Origin: Halalkalibacterium halodurans
GTDB taxonomy: Bacteria > Bacillota > Bacilli > Bacillales > Bacillaceae_D
DNA length: 32,000 nucleotides
Reading direction: 5' to 3'
NCBI RefSeq assembly: GCF_004376175.1
Contig: NZ_SNUY01000014.1
Span: forward strand, 30,777 to 62,776
A program made the position numbers and the translations under genes. The notes beneath the pieces are model-generated. The model was not told where the DNA came from and did no database searches. It saw only the letters and a list, made by a program, of their open reading frames with translations. Shown piece after piece: positions 26,701 through 32,000 of this stretch. Each line of letters starts with the position of its first letter. Within the stretch, counting starts at the first letter, position 1.

Positions 26701-27897
26701 ATGAATCAGTTTACAACAAAAATTGTCGATGCACTAGTAAAAAAACAAGATATTACAGAGGTTTTTCGTTCGCACTTGGAAATGGCGATTAACTCGTTAC
26801 TTGCGACAGAACTAACGGAATTTCTGGACTATGAAAAATACGATCGTATCGGGTTCAACTCAGGCAATTCTCGCAATGGGTCTTATTCGCGTACACTTCA
26901 CACGGAGTACGGCGATTTAACGCTTCAAATCCCGCGTGATCGCAACGGCGAGTTCAAGCAACAGACAGTGGCACCGTATAAGCGCTCGAACGATACGCTG
27001 GAAGAAACCGTGATTCACCTGTTCAAAAAAGGCATTACGATGGCGGAAATTGCGCAATTAATCGAGAAAATGTATGGGCATCACTATACGCCGCAAACGA
27101 TTTCGAATATGACAAAGGCTGTTTCAGAAACGGTAGAAGCCTTTAATAACCGTCCGTTGCACAATCGTTACGTAGTCGTGTATTTAGACGCGACATACAT
27201 TGCCGTGCGTCGTGATACGGTGTCAAAAGAAGCCGTTTATATTGCGGTTGGCATTCGTGAAGACGGCTCCAAAGAAGTGCTTGGCTATACGATTGCCCCA
27301 ACGGAATCTGCTTACAACTGGCAGGAGCTATTAGAAGAGCTGAAGGACCGTGGTGTAAAAGACGTGCTGTTATTCGTATCAGACGGCTTAAAAGGCATGG
27401 CAGACGCTGTGTTCAACGTGTTTCCAAAGGCAAAGTATCAAGTGTGCCTTGTCCATGTGGCGCGCAACATCATGCATAAAGTACGCGTAGAAGATCGCAA
27501 GGAAGTATGCGAGGACTTTAAAACGATTCACCAGGCAAAGGACGCCGAAGCAGCGAAAGAAGCGCTCGAGACGTTTTGCGAAAAATGGGGCAAATCGTAT
27601 AAAAAGGTCGCACAAGGCTTACGAGAAAACCCGTATTTACTAACGTTTTACAGCTTTCCCAAGGCGATTTGGCGAAGCATTTATTCAACGAATTTAATCG
27701 AATCGTTGAATAAGCAAATCAAGAAATATACAAAGCGCAAGGAACAGTTCCCAAATGAAGAATCATTGGAGCGCTTTTTAGTGACGCAGTTCGAGGACTA
27801 CAATCAACGTTTCGCCACGCGCTGCCACATTGGCTTCAATCAGGCCCGTGCGGAGCTAGAAGAGATGTTTGAGCAGCTGCACGAACCGGCAAACTAG
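26701..27897 (+). CDS. IS256-family (Mutator-type) DDE transposase
   Basis: 398 aa with LDATYIAVRRD...VYIAVGIREDGSKEVLGY...FVSDGLKGM...CLVHVARN...STNLIESLNKQIKK motifs. Confidence 0.9.
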   Translation: MNQFTTKIVDALVKKQDITEVFRSHLEMAINSLLATELTEFLDYEKYDRIGFNSGNSRNGSYSRTLHTEYGDLTLQIPRDRNGEFKQQTVAPYKRSNDTLEETVIHLFKKGITMAEIAQLIEKMYGHHYTPQTISNMTKAVSETVEAFNNRPLHNRYVVVYLDATYIAVRRDTVSKEAVYIAVGIREDGSKEVLGYTIAPTESAYNWQELLEELKDRGVKDVLLFVSDGLKGMADAVFNVFPKAKYQVCLVHVARNIMHKVRVEDRKEVCEDFKTIHQAKDAEAAKEALETFCEKWGKSYKKVAQGLRENPYLLTFYSFPKAIWRSIYSTNLIESLNKQIKKYTKRKEQFPNEESLERFLVTQFEDYNQRFATRCHIGFNQARAELEEMFEQLHEPAN

Positions 27898-27919
27898 ACC
27901 GGGACGCGCCAGCGCGAAA

Positions 27920-27963
27920 TTTGAGTGTGTAGGAAAGGGCTAGCCCTTTCCTACACACTCAAA
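27920..27963. repeat. Perfect 21-bp-stem hairpin inside the IS, downstream of the transposase stop
   Basis: TTTGAGTGTGTAGGAAAGGGC-ta-GCCCTTTCCTACACACTCAAA. Confidence 0.8.
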
Positions 27964-28045
27964 TCAACACTTCGAACAAGTGACACAGGTGATGATCTAC
28001 CTTGAACGGGTAAATGGTCATTTACACAAAATTATTGACAGTACC

Positions 28046-28053
28046 TAAAACTT
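28046..28053. repeat. Target-site duplication TAAAACTT (right copy)
   Basis: See 26587-26594. Confidence 0.85.
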
Positions 28054-28638
28054 GCCAGACCAGCCGTTTTGGCAACATTTCATCAACGGCTCGAACAATT
28101 AGACGAGGAGCGCTCGATCCTAGAAAATGTGTCTGACTCAAGTGCTTATGAGGAAACGTTTGTACGGACGGTTTTAGCTCGGCTACTGTTTAGGGAGGAA
28201 GAAGTCCATAAAAAGGTCGGTGTCCTTAGCGGTGGTGAGCGGATGAAGGTGGCGCTAGCCAACGTTTTATTAAGCCAGGCAAATGTTCTCCTTTTAGATG
28301 AACCGACCAATTATTTAGATCTCCAGTCAAGGCAAGCCCTTGTGGATGTACTGCAAGCCTATCCCGGTACCGTCGTATTTGTGACCCATGATCGGCATCT
28401 CCTCCAATCGGTTGCCACCCATGTCCTTCCTTTAGAGAAAGGGGTGATTACTGAGGTAGGGAGAAGAACGACTGCACCTGTAATGAAAAAGGACAAGGAG
28501 CTCTTAACGATTGAAATCGAGTTAACGGAAACGATTAGCAAGCTATCAATTACTACTGATGAAGCAGAAAAAGATGCGCTTGAGAAACGATATGAGCAGT
28601 TGCTTGAGAAAAAAAGATCTCTTGCAAAGCGAAGCTAG
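28054..28638 (+). pseudogene. ARE-type ABC-F protein, 3' part (rest of NBD2 plus C-terminal extension)
   Basis: In frame with 25563-26594 once the IS and one TSD copy are removed (...APGIKL|ARPAVLATFHQRLEQL...). LSGGERMKVALA, LLLDEPTNYLD and VTHDRHLL motifs. Confidence 0.85.
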
Positions 28639-28650
28639 GGAGAGTTCTTG

Positions 28651-28685
28651 AACCAGCCACGTGATGATACGTGGTTGGTTTTTAC
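28651..28685 (+). terminator. Rho-independent terminator after the ABC-F gene
   Basis: AACCAGCCACGT-gatgat-ACGTGGTTGGTT followed by TTTT. Confidence 0.75.
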
Positions 28686-28783
28686 GTTCTCAGTGGCATT
28701 AATTAGACGGCCATTCGCTTTTGGTATAGCTTCCAAAATGTAGCGAATAAAAGTCAAAAGAAATGTAAAAAGGGGTAGCTTCG

Positions 28784-30403
28784 ATGCTGAAAAGTGGTTT
28801 TTTCGTTCGAAACGGAAGCGGAAACAAAAAGAGGTTGTTCATGAAGTGGGGTTTCAAGCAGATAAGCGACCACTTCAAAAAAACTTAGACGAAATGATTC
28901 ACAGCATTCGTCATGAGCTCGGAGATTGTCCGGACGTTGTGGTACGCATGTTTCATGTTGGCCACAAGCAAAAAAGACGGGTTGCGGCGATTTACATAGA
29001 GGGCATTATAGATGAGGAAAAGGTAAATGATTTTGTCGCCCGTTCCTTGCTGCTTGAATCTGTAGAAGCTGATGCTCCGCGAGGAAAAGGCTCTACCACG
29101 AGTCAAGTAAAGTGGATATACAATATGATTTGGAAGCGAGCGCTAACAGTCGGCGATGTAAAAGACATTAATGAATGGAATGGGATGATCTATTGCATTT
29201 TATCTGGGGATGTCGTCATTTTGATTGACGGCTGTGCCACAGCGATCGTCGGGAGCACGAGAGGCGGGGAAACGAGAAGCATCTCGGAACCGAAAACTGA
29301 GGTAAACATTCGGGGGCCGCTTGACAGCTTTACGGAATCGATCGGAAAAAAATACATCGCTCATCCGCAGGCGGTTAAAAAGCCCAAATTTGCGCCTGGA
29401 ACGGATGCGCGTCGGAAAAATTTCGCAGACAGAAATTTCTCTCATTTATTTAAAAGGAATTGCGGAAGATCGATTGGTTGCTGAAATTAAACAACGATTA
29501 AATGATATTCAAATTGATGCCATTCTGGAATCAGGAAATCTTGAGGAACTAGTGCAAGATGAAACGTTTACACCATTCCCGACGGTGTTCAACACAGAGC
29601 GCCCAGATGTAGCGGTTGGTAACTTACTTGAAGGACGAATTGCTCTACTTGTTGACGGGACACCTAATACTCTCATCTTGCCGACGACATTCTCGCAGTT
29701 CTTCAAAGCAGCAGAAGATTATTACCAGCGATTTGACTTTGCGGTTTTTATGCGACTGATTCGCTATTTTAGCTTTTTTACCCTTTTGCTCCTTCCATCT
29801 ATTTATATCTCGGTGACCGCTTACCATCATGAAATGATTCCAACACCGCTAGCGATCAATTTAGTCGCTCAGCGTGAAGGGGTTCCGTTCCCGGTTGTGT
29901 TCGAAGCTTTACTAATGGAAGTGGCCTTTGAAACGATGCGAGAAGCGGGTACTCGCATGCCGCGAGCGGTTGGTCAAGCCGTCTCGATCGTCGGGGCCGT
30001 TGTGCTCGGTCAAGCGGCAGTTGAAGCGGGGATTGTCACCGCGATGATGGTCATTATTGTGGCATTCACGGGAATTGCTAGCTTCACAATGCCTGGCTTC
30101 ACCTTGGCGACTTCGGCACGATTGATTCGTTTTCCGATGATGCTGGCGGCAGCGACACTTGGGTTTTATGGCGTGATTATGGGTGTCATTTTACTCGTGG
30201 CCCACATGTCGAGCTTGCGGTCTTTTGGCATTCCATATTTGTCTCCGTTTGCGCCATTCGGCTTCAAGCATCAAAAGGATACGATCTGGCGTATCCCTTT
30301 CAAGAAACCTACAACCCGTCCAGATATGAAAAATTCGGTTCATCATGATGTAAGTTCTTCTTCAAGTCAAAGTTCACAAAAAATAGAGTCTCGGAATAAA
30401 TAA
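28784..30403 (+). pseudogene. Spore germination receptor A subunit (GerAA/GerKA family), disrupted by homopolymer frameshifts
   Basis: The N-part gives ...LQKNLDEMIHSIRHELG...RGPLDSFTESIGK. The frame switches in the A7 run 29346-29352 to NTSLIRRRLKSPNLRLE...LIYLKGIA...ESGNLEEL, followed by a multi-TM C-terminus. A second probable shift lies near 28790 between ATG 28784 (SD AAGGGG) and the ...WFFRSKRKRKQKE frame. Confidence 0.8.
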
Positions 30404-30536
30404 CAATTTTCCGGGTGAAATGAACCAAAATTACTGGAAATTGGATTGGAATGGCCTGCACACTCATTATTTTCATTGTATTTTCAAAAATGTGCATGAC
30501 AAAGAAACCTATTGCCATTATTTTTTTAAAAATTGA

Positions 30537-32000
30537 CTAGGCGGCTTTAGGAAAGATGATTTCTTCAATATTTAACTGCTCTTTCTGACTGCTGTACCAA
30601 GCATCGATGTGCTGACACATCATTATGGCGTATAGGCGAATGTACCACATTTTTGTTGACCGGTGGCGTCCAGATTCCAAGTGATAATCTATTTTTTCTC
30701 TTTTATTAGAACGTTCAACAGAGGTTCTTCGTTTGTATATAAGTTTCCACTTTTCAGAGGACCTTGGTGTTTTGGTAAATAATCGTAGATTATCCTCTCT
30801 GAATGTATGGAATGTCCGACCATATTTTGCTTTTGAACACGGTGATGAGCATGTATTTTTGGTACCGCAAGCAAGTGGACAACGCCATTTTTGCCGATTT
30901 TGAGATTTGTCAAACCCGTTGGGCTTCATCTCCTTCCCAATCGGACAGATTGGAACACCTGTTGGAGATATTTGAATATCACTTTCTGTACTAAAGTTCT
31001 TCTTTGTTCGAACATTTAAATCGATGAAGGGTTCCACATTTTGATGTTCAAGTAGCTCATAAATGGCCTCAGCATCGTGCGCTGCATCAAGAAGAATTTT
31101 ATCAATCGTGCCCAAGGTGTACCGTTGCGAAAATTCAATTGAACTAACCACTAGGCTGACTGAATCATGCCGGGAAGCAGGATGCAGCCGTGGATATAGC
31201 GGTAAGTCGTATTGGCTATCGCTAGTGGATATCATGTAGAGATGATATCCGTTGAAGTACTTTTCCTTAGAACTATCCCAGCCTGAGTCGATGTCGGGTT
31301 GTGAATACTGGCGTGGGTGAGTACAGTTCGTTAGTCCTTGGGCACTACAATTACAGGTTGATTTACTTCTCGGGTACCTAGCTGTTTCAATTGGTGTCCC
31401 ATCTCCAACTACACCTAGAGCTTCGGGATCCCCAAGAAGACCAAGTTTCGTAGAAACCGCTAAAAATTGGGATTGAAAAAACTCAAATAATCGGTCTCCT
31501 GGCAGTTGTTTTTGTTTGGAACCATAACGCATTGCCCGATCAACGAGTTTACGAACAATTCCGGGATTCTTAGGTTCAGCTTTTTCACCCTTTTTAGGCT
31601 TCTTTTTCTTTTTTGACTTTTTCTTTTTAGGTTTGACCTTCGGCATAACATTCGGGCTTTCGAAGGCCCATAAACGTTTGAAAAAGTCTTCAAATGTTCC
31701 AACACCTGGTGTGTCACCGGGTTCAAAACCGCTAAGAATTGCATACAACGGAACGCGACGAAGTTGATCAACCCAATGAGTAATACCTTTTGTAGGTTGA
31801 ACAAATAATGAAAGCAGATAAGAACGCATCATAGAAGCAGGGTCACGAGGCTTTGGTCCCTTTTTGGAATAGGAATCACCAAGCCATGTAGTTACCGAAG
31901 AGAGATCAGTTATCCAAAGCTTTTTAATTACTGGCCAATCCTTATTAACAAGGGTAAGAATGCCGCCAGAATAATGGGCATTTAACTGATTTAGAACGAA
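30537..32000 (-). CDS. IS4/IS5-superfamily DDE transposase (YREK signature). The N-terminus continues beyond the window end.
   Basis: C-terminal Y-x2-R-x3-E-x6-K motif (YKRRTSVERSNKREK). The frame stays open upstream of Met 31832 to base 32000 (...KKGPKPRDPASMMRSYLL, a DUF772-like N-domain). Cys-rich insert and Lys-rich stretch are present. Confidence 0.75.
   Translation of the reverse strand, partial: FVLNQLNAHYSGGILTLVNKDWPVIKKLWITDLSSVTTWLGDSYSKKGPKPRDPASMMRSYLLSLFVQPTKGITHWVDQLRRVPLYAILSGFEPGDTPGVGTFEDFFKRLWAFESPNVMPKVKPKKKKSKKKKKPKKGEKAEPKNPGIVRKLVDRAMRYGSKQKQLPGDRLFEFFQSQFLAVSTKLGLLGDPEALGVVGDGTPIETARYPRSKSTCNCSAQGLTNCTHPRQYSQPDIDSGWDSSKEKYFNGYHLYMISTSDSQYDLPLYPRLHPASRHDSVSLVVSSIEFSQRYTLGTIDKILLDAAHDAEAIYELLEHQNVEPFIDLNVRTKKNFSTESDIQISPTGVPICPIGKEMKPNGFDKSQNRQKWRCPLACGTKNTCSSPCSKAKYGRTFHTFREDNLRLFTKTPRSSEKWKLIYKRRTSVERSNKREKIDYHLESGRHRSTKMWYIRLYAIMMCQHIDAWYSSQKEQLNIEEIIFPKAA

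Larger units (their letters stand above)
26595..28045 (+). mobile_element. IS256-family insertion sequence, 1451 bp
   Basis: Imperfect IRs contain TTTTGTGTAAATGA (left) and TCATTTACACAAAA (right). Flanked by an 8-bp TSD. Excision restores the ABC-F reading frame. Confidence 0.85.

Noticed and set aside
28690-28783. Sigma-G-type forespore promoter upstream of the gerA-like gene
   Set aside because: GTATA ... GAATAA elements are present, but the spacing and the -10 sequence do not match the CATxxTA consensus well enough to call.
30419-30538. 39-codon His/Cys-rich ORF (MNQNYWKLDWNGLHTHYFHCIFKNVHDKETYCHYFFKN) between the gerA-like gene and the transposase
   Set aside because: It has no convincing SD and no resemblance to a GerAB N-terminus. 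It probably lies in the untranslated IS terminus and cannot be supported from sequence alone.
1-32000. CRISPR arrays, tRNA genes and rRNA genes
   Set aside because: I saw no regularly spaced direct repeats of 25-40 bp, no cloverleaf-like segments and no rRNA-like conserved stretches on reading through both strands. The intergenic regions are accounted for by leaders, terminators or IS ends.

Overview
The gene content (GerA receptor, Sfp, DinB, class-B PBP) suggests an endospore-forming Bacillales-type genome; this is an inference. The left ~13.8 kb is visibly more AT-rich and holds the distal end of a secondary-metabolite cluster. In order it contains the tail of a cyclic-peptide-type ABC exporter, an MbtH-like protein and a free carrier protein. 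Next comes a type II PKS/FAS-like cassette: ketoreductase, ACP, KS, a Gln-type chain-length-factor-like KS, a FabZ-like dehydratase and a fatty-acyl-AMP ligase. A GabT-family aminotransferase and an ALDH7-type dehydrogenase follow. These two genes were translationally coupled (ATGA overlap) until an IS6-family element (8527-10359, 8-bp TSD CGCTCATG) split them. About 1.2 kb of IS debris and a convergent Sfp-type PPTase close this part. The GC-richer right part holds GrpB, a WYL/YafY regulator, two DinB-family genes (one frameshifted in a G7 run), an unknown 309-aa protein, a Nudix hydrolase, a class-B PBP, a secreted lipase, a 186-aa CHAT/caspase-like protein, an orphan CbiA and a small acidic triple-repeat protein. 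It also holds a Vga/Lsa/VmlR-type ARE ABC-F gene with a long structured leader, cleanly split by an IS256-family element (26595-28045, TSD TAAAACTT). A GerA-type germinant-receptor A-subunit gene with homopolymer frameshifts follows, and an IS4-superfamily transposase runs off the right edge. I saw no rRNA, tRNA or CRISPR array. The best novelty candidate is the highly-reducing type II PKS-like cassette attached to an NRPS-type (MbtH plus exporter) cluster. All homology statements come from motif recognition by eye, not from searches.
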